Below the pieces are notes generated by a model. The model did no database searches and was not told the origin of the DNA. It was given only the letters and a program-made list of their open reading frames with translations. This document shows, piece after piece, positions 9,587 through 20,580 of a DNA stretch of 64,000 nt. The first letter of the stretch is position 1; each line of letters begins with the position of its first letter. The translations under genes and the position numbers were made by a program. The stretch lies in contig JAOSKI010000005.1 of the NCBI GenBank assembly GCA_027493675.1, positions 13,720 to 77,719 of the forward strand, written 5' to 3'. The stretch comes from Microthrixaceae bacterium (lineage in GTDB: Bacteria > Actinomycetota > Acidimicrobiia > Acidimicrobiales > Microtrichaceae).

Positions 9587-12334
9587 ATGGAAGAACGCAA
9601 CGGGGCTCAGGCCGCGCCTATGCGATCGACGGAGTCGGCGTCCGGATGGGCGCCGTTCCCGGAATCATCCATGGAACGGACGATCGGCGAGCTGTTCGCC
9701 GAGAGCGCAGACCGCCACGCCGACCGCGAGGCGATCACCTCGCCGACGGTGCGGTGGACCTACAGGGAGCTCGCCGAGGAGGTCCGACGGATGGCCGGGG
9801 GAATCGCCTCGGAGGTCGGATCGGACCACGGGCGCTCGATCGCGATCCTCTGCGACCACGACGGTCCCCTCATCGCCGCCCTGATGGCCGTCATCTGCGC
9901 CGGACACGCCGTGGTCATCGTCGACCCGACTGCTCCGCTGGATCAGAACTCGAAGGTACTCGATGAAGCACGGCCGGCCATCGTGCTTGCCGATGAGCTC
10001 CATCGCGAAGCCGCAGGCCGGCTTGCGAAGCACGCCGGCTGCCAATGCCTGGAGCTCAGCGGGCTGAACGGCGCCTTCCAACCACCCACATGGGTCGACA
10101 CGCACTCCCCTGCCATGCTGGCTTTCACCTCGGGAACGAGCGACACACCCAAGGGTGCGGTCATCAACCAGGGCGTCGTGCTGAACGCCGCCCGGGGTGG
10201 ACAGAACGCGCTTGGCCTCACCCCCGACGACCGGCTCCCACTCCTGTTTCCGCTGTCGCTCACAATTGCTGCATTCCCCGTCTTCCTCGCGCTTCTCACC
10301 GGCGCGTGTGTCGCCGTCCTTGACGTTCGGGCAGTGGGGATCGCGCCCATCGCCGGCCTCTTCGAACGTGAACGGATCACCATCGCATTCCTGGCGCCGA
10401 CAGTCGCTCGCTTCATGCTCGACGGGATCTCCGGGCAGCGCTTCGAGGACCTCCGCATGGTCATGCTTGCGGGTGAGCCTGTTGATTCGGAGATCCTCGC
10501 CGGCACGTGCGCCGCATTCGGCTGCGACGAGATGGCCGTGGCGTACGGGATCACGGAAACCGGCTTGCTGACGATCGCTGTCTACTCACACGACAACCTC
10601 CCCCGCGGAGCGGTGAGCTGCGGGTACCCGATCCCCGAGGTGGACCTGGTGATCGTGGACGACAACGGCGTCGTGGTCGGGCCCGACCAGGTGGGCGAGA
10701 TCGTGGTTGTCAGCAACCATCTCTTCGACGGGTACGTGGGACGCCCGGAGCTGGGGCGACTCGTCCTGGGTGAGGATCCCTCAGGCAGGAGCTCGCGGTC
10801 GTCGTACCGCACGGGTGACTTGGGCCGAGTCGACGAGAACGGAGTACTCACACTCGAAGGCCGGAGCGGATCGAGCGTGAAGGTGAGGGGCCGCATGGTC
10901 GGGCTCGGAGAGGTTGAGACAGACATCCGCGACCTCGAGAACGTGCTCGACTCCGCCGTCTTGGCCACCCCTCTCGACGGCGTCGTGGAGCTCGTCGCGT
11001 ACGTGGTGCCCAAGGACATGGCCGAGGCGGAACCCACAAGATGGCGCGCCGCCTTGCTCGCGAACAGAGAGCCTTACCGGGTTCCCACACGTTGGGTGAC
11101 ACTCGACGAGTTCCCACTGCTCCCGAACGGGAAGGTCAACCGACGAGCACTCCCCCACCGGATCCCACCGTCGGCACGCCAGGGATCACGATCTCGATGA
11201 GCCCGAGCGAAGGCCGGTCCATGCGCCGGATCGTCCGCGACCTCTGGGAGGAACTGCTTCCAGTCAGCTCGATCGGGGAGGACGAGGACTTCTTCGAGAT
11301 GGGCGGTGACTCGCTGCTTGCGGCACGGATGTTGGTCATGCTGGAGCACCGCACCGGCGTGATGGTGCCGATGGGTGAGCTGATACACGCCCGCACGGTC
11401 CGAGACGTCGCCTCGGTGCTTCACCGCTTGACCGGCGAATCCGACGAATGCTCCCCGACGGTGACCCGTGTCCAGCACGGCGACGAGTCCGCGCTGCCTC
11501 GGCTCTGGTTCGTTCACGATCTCCAGGGTTCGGCCTTCCGGGCACGCCACGTTGCTGCTTCGCTGGATGCGAAGCAGCCGGTCTGGGGGTTCGAGTCACC
11601 TCTGCTGACGGGGGCGCCGGAACTCGTTCCCAACCATGGAGACGTTCGCGGCGCACTACAACTCCGAGATGCGCAAGGTGCAACCACAGGGTCCGTACTG
11701 GCTTGCCGGGTACTCCTTCGGGGGGATCTGCGCCTACGAGATGGCCCGACAGCTGCGCGAGTCCGGAGAGGAAGTCGCCTTCGTCGGCGTGATCGACATC
11801 GGACCCGGATTCCGAGGCAGAGGTTGGAACGCACGTCGCTCTCCGCTTCGTCCATGGTTCGGAATTGCTCCACCCCCCGAAGAAGGCGCCACGTTCTGGG
11901 ACGCCGCGGGCCACTACAGGTCCATGGTCATCGACAGCCCCGTGCGTTTCGCCCGTCACATGATGGTGCGGACAGGGATCTCACGTGTGGTGGACCCGAT
12001 CCGCTTCGAACTCGACCTGCGGCGCCACGGCGTCGTTCGTCCCGAGTGGCGACTCTGGTACTCATGGGAGGAGCATTGGAGGCTCGCCGCGCGCCGTTGG
12101 AGCCGACGTGGCGGCTACCCGGGTTGCGTGGACCTGTTCTGGGCGAATGAAACCGCGTCTGCCGACGCAACGATGGGTTGGGGGCCGATGGCGGCCGATG
12201 TGAGGATCCACCGGTTCGACGGTGATCACTTCGGGGTGCTCGAGGAACGCGGCGCCGGGTCACTCGCCAGGGCACTCGAGACCGCCATCGCCGAAGCGCT
12301 CTCGCGTAGCCAGAGCGAAGAACGCTCTGTCTGA
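9587..12334 (+). CDS. single-module NRPS-like enzyme: adenylation - carrier protein - thioesterase, two frameshifts
   Basis: A domain in ORF 9215..11200: LAFTSGTSDTPKGAV, YGITETG, YRTGDLG, LPNGKVNRRAL. PCP in ORF 11041..12150: FFEMGGDSLLAARM. TE in ORF 11636..12334: GYSFGG...HRFDGDHF. The joins are at a C5 run (11152-11156) and at about 11625-11636. An alternative start is the ATG at 9671 (MERTIGELF). Confidence 0.85.
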
Positions 12335-12336
12335 GC

Positions 12337-13552
12337 TCAGCACTTCTCGATGGTCCACTCGAGGTCCAGCGGGATCATGATCTGAGGAGCCGACCGCCCC
12401 ACCCTCGCGGCGTACCACGCTTGGCTCACCATCACCTCGTTGCCCTCGGCGTCGAGGTCGAGAACCGCGACGATCATCCAGAGATCTCCGTAGAACGCGT
12501 TGTCGGGGACCGAGCCGTTGAACCGGTGCCGTCCGGCAACGGCAAGGGCTCCTCCTGCGGGTTCCACCACTGATCGGAGGAACGTGCGCTGCAGCGCTTC
12601 GCTGTTGTCGGCGGTGGGCCGTTCGTCTGGCACGAAGTCGTAGCGGAGCTCCACCCGCGGTGTCGGAAGGATCGCTGATGTGCAACTCGCCTTCGAAGGC
12701 CAGCGCGTCGCCGGTGGCGACGTACGGTCGAAGGGCCCGCAGGTTCCGAACCTCCATCCCCTGCAGACGCGAGATGGCATGGTCACCGCGTCCGTCAGGC
12801 GCGTATCGTTCGAGGACCTCGGTCACCGGACCCGCATCCACGACCTCTCCCTGGGAGAGCTGGACCGCCGTGTCACACGCTTCTGCGACCGTCTCGAGGT
12901 CATGCGACACCAGCACGACCGCCGTTCCGCCGCGACACAGGTCGCTCACCATCGACATCGCCCGGCGACGAAACGCCTCGTCACCGACCGCAAGCACCTC
13001 GTCGATCAGCAGGACATCAGGATCGGCCAGGAGGCCGATGGCCAACCCCAGCCGGGCTTCCATTCCGCTCGAGTAGGTCCGCACCGGCCTTCCGAAGTGC
13101 TCACCCAGCTCCGACAGGGTTTCGACCTCCGGCAGCATCTCGGCCACTTCGCCGCCCGAGCCCCAGGAGCGTGGCGGACAGCCGGGCGTTCTGCCGTCCG
13201 GTCAGCTCGGGGTGAAAGCCGAGCCCCAGACCCAGCAACGGAACCACGCTTCCCTCAACCCGCACAGACCCGCTATCCGGATGAACCGTCCCTGCGATCA
13301 CCCCGAGCGCAGTCGACTTGCCGGCCCCGTTTCCCCCGATGACTCCCAATGACTCACCTGCACCTACCCACAGGTCGCCCCTCTTAGCGCTGTGACGCGT
13401 CGAGCCTCAGGTGGCGACACGCGGTTGGCCCCGCCGGGACCACTGCGAGCCGACTTGAATACCTTCCACACCGAGGACAACTCCGCTCGTACGCGAGAAC
13501 TGCGCCTGAGAGATCCTGGACCTGGTTGTCCGTCCGCGGCTCCGCCCTGCAT
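12337..13552 (-). CDS. ABC transporter ATP-binding module 2 (TagH/Wzt-like) with C-terminal extra domain, frameshifted
   Basis: N-terminus VRAELSSVWKVFK... lies in the frame of ORF 13364..13936. Walker A GESLGVIGGNGAGKST is in ORF 13101..13349. YSSGMEARLGLAIGLLADPDVLLIDEVLAVGD...VLVSHD is in ORF 12260..13147. The ~150-aa C-terminal domain is ORF 12337..12786. ATG at 13552. Confidence 0.8.
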
Positions 13553-14725
13553 TGGTTCGACATGCCAGGCCGGGGCGGCCACCAGGCGTGGCATCGAGTC
13601 GGTCCATGGACCTTCGAGCGGGAAATCGTCGCGGGCGATGTCCAGGACCTCGATGTCACGGGGGCTCAGCAACGTTGCAACAGCGCGACACTGCCCGGAG
13701 GTCGCAGGGAAGGGACGTCCTGTCGCTCGCATCCGGTAACGGCCAGGCACGAGAGTCCCTGCCAAGGTGGTCGCGCACGAGGCGAAGGCCAACTCCTCGC
13801 CGACGATGGGAAGGGTGAACTCGACCGACAGCCTGAGCTCCCGCACAGTCGAATGGACCTCGACCTCAGCCTCCAACCTCACCGGCTCGCCAGCCGTCTG
13901 GCGCCGGACGCTGTTCCGGAACGAACGCCACTGCACCGGGGAGGGTCCATCTGGCGGTACCGAGCGGGAGAGCCGCCCAAGTACCGTCGGATCACATCGG
14001 CTGCGGACCCGTCATCGACGATCCGCCCGGCCCGGAAGTGCACAGCCCGCTCGCATATGCGAGGCACCAGCGGCATCTCGTGGGTGACGAAGAGCAGCGT
14101 GGTTCCCACATCGAGCAAATTCCTGATCCGTTCGAAGCACCGATCCCGGAACTCCTGATCACCCACGGCGAGCACCTCGTCGACGACGAGGACATCACAC
14201 GGGCCGGCTGTGGCGATCGCGAACCCGAGCCGCGCGGCCATGCCGGCGGAGTAGGTGCGAAGCGGGGCATCCATCGCCTCGCCGAGCCCGGCGAACTCGG
14301 CGATCGGGTGCTCGAACCCGCGGACCTCTTCCCTGCTCAATCCGAGGAGCCGCGCGCTGCAACGCAGGTTCTGCCATCCGGTGAGATCCGGGTGGAAGCC
14401 GACGCCGAGTTCGATCAGCGATCCGACGCTCCCACGGACCACGACACCGCCCCGAGTGGGCTCGGTGATCCCTGCGACGATCCTGAGTGCCGTCGACTTT
14501 CCTGCGCCGTTCGGCCCGATGAGGGCTACCGAGGAGCCTCTGGTCACGGCCAAGTCGACATCGTTGAGCGCCACGGCGGGCACCGACGGGGCTCGCGAGT
14601 ACCAGGGGAAGCGCCGACCACCACCCTCGCGTCGGAGACTTCGCCTCGTAGAGCTTCGTCACCCCCGACAGCTGGACCGCCACGTCGCTGTCGGGCGACT
14701 CCACTGCTCTCCTGCGGACGGACAT
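13553..14725 (-). CDS. ABC transporter ATP-binding module 1 (TagH/Wzt-like) with C-terminal extra domain, frameshifted
   Basis: MSVRRRAVESPDSDVAVQLSGVTKLY is in ORF 14195..14872. GSSVALIGPNGAGKST...YSAGMAARLGFAIATAGPCDVLVVDEVLAVGD...LFVTHE is in ORF 13879..14583. The C-terminal domain is in ORF 13364..13936. I found no stop before module 2, so the 3' end is uncertain. Confidence 0.75.
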
Positions 14726-14744
14726 GTCCCCGACCTCACCACGC

Positions 14745-15517
14745 CTAGACAAGGTCCGAGATCCGGGACTCGACGCTTCGCACGTACAGCACCGACCCGA
14801 CCAGTGCGCACGAAGCCGCCACCCCATGTGCCAGGAGCAGGCGCCAGTCCGGTGCAACCCCACACAGAGCAAGTGACCTGAACGCCTCGATCGCTACTGC
14901 TACCGGGTTGATCACCTCCAACCAGGCGAGACTCGACGGGAGCACCTCAGCGCCGTAGAAGACCGGCGTGGCGAAGATCCCGACGCGGACAACGAGTTGC
15001 ACCAGGTGGAGGGTGTCACGCGCGAACACCGCCACCGCACCAAGGAAGACCGAGACCGCCGCTGTCCAGCACACCAGCATGGCCACCGGCAGCAGGACCA
15101 GCAGTGAGTATCGCGTGACTTCCGCACCGCCAATGGCGATCAGCGCCACCACCGTGAGAAGGCCGATGCCGAGGTCCAGCATCGCCGAACCCGTCGCCGC
15201 GAGCGGGAGGGCCTCCCTTGGGAAGTACACCTTGGTGACCAGCGATGCCGAAGACACGATGGAGGCCGTCCCTGCGGTGACCGATGTCGCGAAGAACATC
15301 CACAGCACGAGACCGCTCCACGCAGAAGTCACGTACGGTCCACCTCCGACTTTGCCCCGAAGGCCTGCGTCAGGATGAGCCCGTACGCCAGCAACGTGAC
15401 GGCCGGGTTGACGACCGCCCACGCAACGTCGAGTGCGCTGGATCGGTGGCGCGACCGGATCTCCCGCGCCACGAGCGGTGGGACCAGTCCGGCCACGACA
15501 CGGACCCTCCGCGGCAT
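14745..15517 (-). CDS. ABC-2 type (TagG/Wzm-like) exporter permease, frameshifted
   Basis: N-terminus LVAREIRSRHRSSALDVAWAVVNPAVTLLAYGLIL is in ORF 15329..15517. The multi-span body ...VTKVYFPREALPLAATGSAMLDLGIGLL...FATPVFYGAEVLP... is in ORF 14745..15740. It lies 19 nt upstream of ATPase module 1. Confidence 0.8.
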
Positions 15518-15598
15518 CGATGCAGCGCGGCGGCCCCCGAGTGAGGAATCCGGAACCCCGGCTGGGACAGCCGGCTTCCGATGGCCCGTCGGCGTCGC

Positions 15599-16411
15599 TC
15601 AACCTGGGGCTCCGCTGCCTGACCCCCACGGCTGCGCCGACGCCGACGGGACATCCAGGTGACGATCGAACACGGTTCGTGTACCTCCCAGGACGTGCAG
15701 GCGATCGATGCTCAGGGCAGGGGTTGCCCGAGAAGCACACGCTGCGTCGTATCGGTGTTGCCTTCTGAGATCGCAGTAGGGCACAAAGGTCCTCAGGTGA
15801 CCCATCAGGATCGTGATCCGCGGGGCCAGTCCGCTGATGAGCACCCGGAGATCCGGCACCGGGACGCCGTTGGGATCCCGCAACATGTCACGGATGTCCG
15901 GGACCGCCTCGCCGGTGATCTCCTCAAGGGTGGCCCGTCCGTCCCCGAGCACGATCGGCTCCAGGTTCGTCAGGGCAACCAGGATCCCCTCGACAACGTC
16001 ACGGCCCAGGCTCGCTCTACCGACCGCTGCGTCGAACAGAGCATCACCCGCGTCGACGAAGGCACCAATGCGCATGCACCGGTCCAACGCCGCCAGGTCC
16101 GACGGGTCGACTGCGCTGCCGTAGCCGCCGGGCGATTGGAGGAGTCCTGGTTGGGTGGTCGACGACGAGGGGTGGTGCCATCCGGCCCCTGCCCCTGGTC
16201 ATCGGTTCCCGGGCGCGGTGTGCTCATCGGTGCCGGACACACCGTCGGGCACCTGGGAGCTCTCCGGGCTCTCCCTGTCATCTCCGCGCGAGTGCAACTC
16301 GGCTTCCTGCGCGGCATCACGGGGATCGTTCAGCATCCCACAACCCGTGCTGAACAGCAGAGCCGTCATTGAAACGAATAGGACAACACGCCGGAAAGAC
16401 ACTTCGTCCAT
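15599..16411 (-). CDS. putative lipoprotein, unknown function, frameshifted
   Basis: ORF 16199..16411 starts MDEVSFRRVVLFVSMTALLFSTGCG (signal peptide plus lipobox). The body continues in the frame of ORF 15599..16087, open upstream to about 16198 by hand translation (...SSSTTQPGLLQSPGGYGSAVDPSDLAALDRC...). It is the first gene of the exporter operon. Confidence 0.6.
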
Positions 16412-16490
16412 CCTAGGAGTGCGCTTCGGAAACCGACCAGTGACCCCTCCATTGCGATGGGGTCCTTCGAGTGACGTCTATCGTGCGCCG

Positions 16491-17324
16491 ATGGACTCAC
16501 CACAGGGCGCCTTCAGGCGGGCGACAGCGGCACATCGGGTTGCGGGTTCAGGCGAGGCTGCCACCTACCGGGCCGAGGTCGCCCCCGGTTGGGACATCCT
16601 GGGCAACGCGAACGGCGGCTACCTGTTGGCCCTGGCGGCTCGGATCCTGAGCGAGCACCTGGATCGACCCGACCCGGTCTCGCTTACCGGGCACTACCTG
16701 TCGCCGGGCCGACCCGGGGAAGTGTCGGCGGAGGTGGGTACGATCCGAAGCGGTCGACGTCTCGGGACCGCTTCGACCACGCTGCGCGACCCCGACGGCA
16801 CCGCCGTGCTGGCGGCGCTCGGATCCTTCTCCGATCTGTCCCACCCGTCGGCAACCGACAGCCCCAGTCGCGTGGACGCCACACCGCCGGACCTGCCGCC
16901 ACCAGAGAGGTGCATCGGGAACGATCCCGGGGTCGCAGCGGATCTCGCCGGATTCATGGACCGCGTGGACCTGCGCATCCATCCCGACGACGCCGGATTC
17001 CGCGAGGGCATGCCCAGCGGTGAACCGAGGGTCCGGGGTTGGTTCCGATTCCCCGACGACGAGCCGATCGACACGATCGGGCTGCTGTGCGTGCTGGACG
17101 CCTTCCCGCCGACGGTGTTCAACGCGGCGCTGCCCGTCGCGTGGGTACCCACACTCGAGTTCACCGCGCACATCCGGAGACGTCCGGCATCGGGATGGTT
17201 GGCCTGCGAGTTCACGACACGGATCGTCTCGGACGGGTTCCTCGAAGAGGACGGTCTGGTGTGGGATTGCGAGGGCCACCCGGTCGCTCAGTCCCGACAG
17301 CTCGCTCTGACCCCACGGGCCTGA
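16491..17324 (+). CDS. acyl-CoA thioesterase-like (double hotdog, TesB-like) protein
   Basis: ATG at 16491. ...APGWDILGNANGGYLLALAARIL...SLTGHYLSPGRPGEV...VRGWFRFPDDEPIDTIGLLCVLDAFPP...LEFTAHIRRRP resembles the thioesterase-like superfamily. The frame is intact. Confidence 0.65.
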   Translation: MDSPQGAFRRATAAHRVAGSGEAATYRAEVAPGWDILGNANGGYLLALAARILSEHLDRPDPVSLTGHYLSPGRPGEVSAEVGTIRSGRRLGTASTTLRDPDGTAVLAALGSFSDLSHPSATDSPSRVDATPPDLPPPERCIGNDPGVAADLAGFMDRVDLRIHPDDAGFREGMPSGEPRVRGWFRFPDDEPIDTIGLLCVLDAFPPTVFNAALPVAWVPTLEFTAHIRRRPASGWLACEFTTRIVSDGFLEEDGLVWDCEGHPVAQSRQLALTPRA

Positions 17325-17372
17325 ATCGCCGGCGAGCTCTCCGGAGGTCCACGTGGATCGATGATCGTCTCA

Positions 17373-18565
17373 CTACCCCGACGGATCCGCCACCTCGGCT
17401 ATCAGTCGGTCGACCTCGGACTCGGTGTTGTAGTAGTGGACCGACGCCCGCACAACGTCGTCGAGGCCGCGTTCGGGTAGGTCGAACACAGCGCTCGACT
17501 GCGCGGTGACCGAGGTGTTGATGCCGGCCGAGCGCAACCGGCCGCTCACCTGCCGGGCAGTCTCGCCATCGACGGTGAATGTGACGGTGCCACCGCGCAC
17601 TACTCCCTTGTCGTGAACGCTCACGCGCTCGATGCCGCCCAGACCCTCCCGCAGGCGCTCCGCGAGGCCCCTGATGCGAGCCCAGGTCCGCTCCACGCCC
17701 AGCCCGAGCGCGTACCGGCATGCCACCCCCAGACCGAGACGTGCGGCGACGTTCGCCTCGAACTGCTCGAACCGGGTCGCCCCGGGGGCCACCTCGTAGC
17801 TGTCGGGACCGGTCCATAGCGCGGAGTGCAGGTCGAGCGACGGTGGTTCGAGCACCGACAGGGCACGCTCGCTCACGTACAGGAAGCCGGTGCCACGCGG
17901 CGCACGCAGGTACTGCGACCCGTGGCCGAGAGCACGTCACAACCGAGCACTGCCACGTCCAGGGGAACCTGACCTGCGGACTGGCAGGCGTCGAGCACGT
18001 AGAACGTGTCGTGGCTCCGGCACAACCTGCCCACCTCCTCCGCAGGGTTGACGAGTCCTCCCCGGTCGGCACGTGGGTCAGCGACACCAGCGCCGCACGC
18101 CGGTCGAGCTCGGCTTCGAGGTGCGCCAGCGAGATGCGGCCGTGCTCGTCGTCTTCGACCAGCACGATCTCGATGCCGTGGCGGTCACGGAGCTGCATCA
18201 ACGCGATCGCGTTGCTCGCGTATTCGGCGCGCCGTCAGCACCCGGTCGCCTGCACGGAACGGGTATCCATGCACCGCGGTGTTCCAGGCCTGCGTGGCGC
18301 TGTCGGTCATCGCGATCTGATGCAGATCGGCCCCGACCAGATCCGCCGCCGAGGCATACACGGCGTCGATCTCCGCTTCGGCCTCCTGTGCAGCCTCGTA
18401 TCCACCGATCTCGGCTTCACGGTTCAGATGGGCGATGACCGTGTCGAGCACAGGTCGCGCCGGCAGGGAGCTCCCCGCGTTGTTCAAGTGCAGCACGTGG
18501 TCGACACCCGGGGTGTCGGCACGGACCTCAGCGATCAGGAAGCCCGCTCCGACGTCACCTGCCAC
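17373..18565 (-). CDS. class V aminotransferase / cysteine desulfurase-like PLP enzyme, frameshifted
   Basis: Joined from ORFs 18185..18565 ([22 protein letters not shown]...[11 protein letters not shown]), 17212..18201 ([20 protein letters not shown]...[10 protein letters not shown]) and 17373..17876 (...[20 protein letters not shown]). Confidence 0.75.
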
Positions 18566-18625
18566 GCGCTCGGTGCTCCTCGTGGGCGGGTGCTCCTCAT
18601 GGGCAGATCGTACGGCGCGCCACCC

Positions 18626-18690
18626 GCCAACTGAATGGTGTGGGCCACCAGATCGGTGGCCGACACCATTCAGTTCGTGGCAGATTCACC
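18626..18690. repeat. palindromic ~60-bp element, copy 1
   Basis: gccaactgaatggtgtgggccaccagatcggtggccgacaccattcagttcgtggcagattcacc: 21-nt inverted arms with one mismatch. It lies between the divergent starts of the aminotransferase and the membrane-protein gene. Confidence 0.85.
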
Positions 18691-18694
18691 GTTC

Positions 18695-19233
18695 ATGCGA
18701 CGAGCGTTCCTTGTGGTCGGCGCCACGACCCTGCTCGTGGCCCTGCTGACACTGTCGCTCGCGCCTTCGGAGCAGACAGCGTGTGGTTCGCGTTGCTGGT
18801 GGTCTGGTTGCCCATGACCTGGCTCGGCACGATGAGCAGGCTCGTGGCCCCGCGACTTCCCGACCGGTTCCACAGGCTGCATGCCTTCGAGCTGAACGGG
18901 CGGCTCTACGAGATGCTCGGGGTCAGGCTCTTCAAGCGCCTGTTGCGCCGCGGCCCCCTCGCGGCGTTCAACCCCCGACCTGCACCTTCCGGTTGAACGG
19001 ACTCCGGCGAAACTCGCTCATCTCGACCAGCGGATGAAGGACGCCGAGGCAAAGCCACGCAATCCTGTTGTTCCTGACGCTGGGATTGGCAACGTATCTG
19101 GCCACAGCGGGGGCTCTGGAGCACGGCCGGCTGGGTGGTCGCGTTCGACGTCTTGATGAACGGTTATCCCGTGATGTTGCAGCGATACAACCGTGTGCTG
19201 TTGCGTCGACGTTTCGGTATGACGGCCAACTGA
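18695..19233 (+). CDS. small membrane protein, possibly glycosyl-4,4'-diaponeurosporenoate acyltransferase-like, frameshifted
   Basis: MRRAFLVVGATTLLVALLTLSL..., then (frame change) VWFALLVVWLPMTWLG...HAFELNGRLYEMLGVRLFKRLL...FNP, then further frame changes to ...VLMNGYPVMLQRYNRVLLRRRFGMTAN*. The FE.NGRLYE.LGVR.FK motif suggests that family, from memory only. Confidence 0.45.
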
Positions 19234-19290
19234 ATGGTGTGGGCCACCGATTCGGTGGCCCACACCATTCAGTTGGCAGCGGATTCACGG
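19225..19290. repeat. palindromic ~60-bp element, copy 2
   Basis: gccaactgaatggtgtgggccaccgattcggtggcccacaccattcagttggcagcggattcacgg: perfect 21-22 bp stem. It contains the TGA stop of the membrane-protein gene and is about 88 percent identical to copy 1 by eye. Confidence 0.85.
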
Positions 19291-19321
19291 TGGTGGGCGG
19301 CGGCCACCGACTGGTGGCTCC

Positions 19322-19885
19322 TCAGTGGAGTACGTCGTAGACCTTCATCTGGATGCCGTTGGAGTAGGTGTCGTGCTCGATGAGCTCGAGGTTGGTGGCA
19401 TCCATGTCCGCGTCGCTGAAGAGCCGCTTTCCCGCCCCGAGCAACACGGGGAACACGAGGAGGTGATAGCGGTCTACAAGGCCCGCCTCGGCAAGGCTCG
19501 CACCCAGGGTGGCACTGCCGTGGACCAGGATGGGGCCACCCTCGCTCTGCTTGAGCGCCGTCACCTCGTCGAGCGACCTCAGCACCGTTGCCGGCCATCC
19601 CGGAACACCCTCGGCGAGCGTGGTGGAAACCACGTAGCGGGGCATCGCGTTGTAACCGGCGAAGTCCTCCATCGCAGGCCACACCGCGCGAACGCCTCGT
19701 AGCTCCGCCGGCCGAGCAGGAGCGCTGTGGCCTCTTCCTGTTCGCGTCCCTTGATCGCGTATGCCTCGGGCAAGAACGCTATGTCGGTGAACGTCCAGCC
19801 CGCGTTGCGATACCCGTCCTCTCCACCGGGCGCCTCCATGACGCCGTCGACCGAGATGAAGGCGGTCACGATCAGGGTTCTCCAT
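19322..19885 (-). CDS. dihydrofolate reductase-family (RibD C-terminal domain) protein, frameshifted
   Basis: GGAGG then ATG at 19885. RTLIVTAFISVDGVMEAPGGED...LLLGRRSYEAF is in the frame of ORF 19579..20013. The rest, ...MPRYVVSTTLAEG...GGPILVHGSATLGASL...LLVFPVLLGAGKRLF, is in ORF 19322..19885. There is an extra G right after the start codon and a second shift near 19680. Confidence 0.75.
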   Translation of the reverse strand: MENPDRDRLHLGRRRHGGARWRGRVSQRGLDVHRHSVLARGIRDQGTRTGRGHSAPARPAELRGVRAVWPAMEDFAGYNAMPRYVVSTTLAEGVPGWPATVLRSLDEVTALKQSEGGPILVHGSATLGASLAEAGLVDRYHLLVFPVLLGAGKRLFSDADMDATNLELIEHDTYSNGIQMKVYDVLH

Positions 19886-20037
19886 ATCGTCACCTCCGCG
19901 GGTTGATGCCGCTTCTGCGTGCAGATCATGTCACGGTCGTGGGCTCCCGGGTCTGGAGACCGGGAACCTCGCATGTTGCTGGGAACTACGCCCACCGGTG
20001 CTCTCGCGGCCACGGACTACCGGCCCGCACTCCGCTC

Positions 20038-20518
20038 TCAGATCCTCAGCACGAGGGTGCCGGGGTCGAACCCCTCGCCAACCGGCACGAAGCCAAACCG
20101 TTCGTAGAGCCGCCGTGCCGGATTCCCCATCTCGACACTCAGGCTGATCCCGGCCAGGTCTGCGATCTCAGCGCGCGATGATCCCCGCAAGAAGGGCTGA
20201 CCCGATGCCTCCTCCCCGGTGATCGGAGTCGACCCAGATGCTCAACTCCGGGATGTCGTCGCCCACGTACCCGTATCCCGGATCAGCGTCATCGAAATGG
20301 CACAACCACACCACTCCGATCGGACGTCGTGACGGTCCCAGTGCCACGAAGCCGAAGTCGCCGGAGTTCGGCCACGCCACGAAGTAGTGGGCGATGGATG
20401 GATCGTCGATCACCTGCTCCCGCGTGAATCCGGCACCGCACCAGTTCATGTTCTCAAGCGTCGCCCGGATCAGGAGCGCCCGGTCATCGTCACGCAGGTC
20501 GCGCAGCACCACTGCCAT
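20038..20518 (-). CDS. GNAT-family N-acetyltransferase, frameshifted near the 3' end
   Basis: ORF 20168..20560 gives ...IGVVWLCHFDD...ELSIWVDSDHRGGGIGSALLAGII (Q/RxxGxG/A motif). The C-terminus EIADLAGISLSVEMGNPARRLYERFGFVPVG... continues one frame over and ends at 20038. Confidence 0.75.
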
Positions 20519-20580
20519 CGGAGTGACCCTAACGAAGGTCACTTCCCGGGTTCGGCGCACGCTGTGAGCCGCCGTGTCGG

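Noticed and set aside
18626-19290. The two palindromes as ordinary intrinsic terminators
   Set aside because: Neither is followed by a T/U tract. Copy 1 lies upstream of both flanking (divergent) genes, where a terminator has no role. They are kept as an unexplained repeat element instead.
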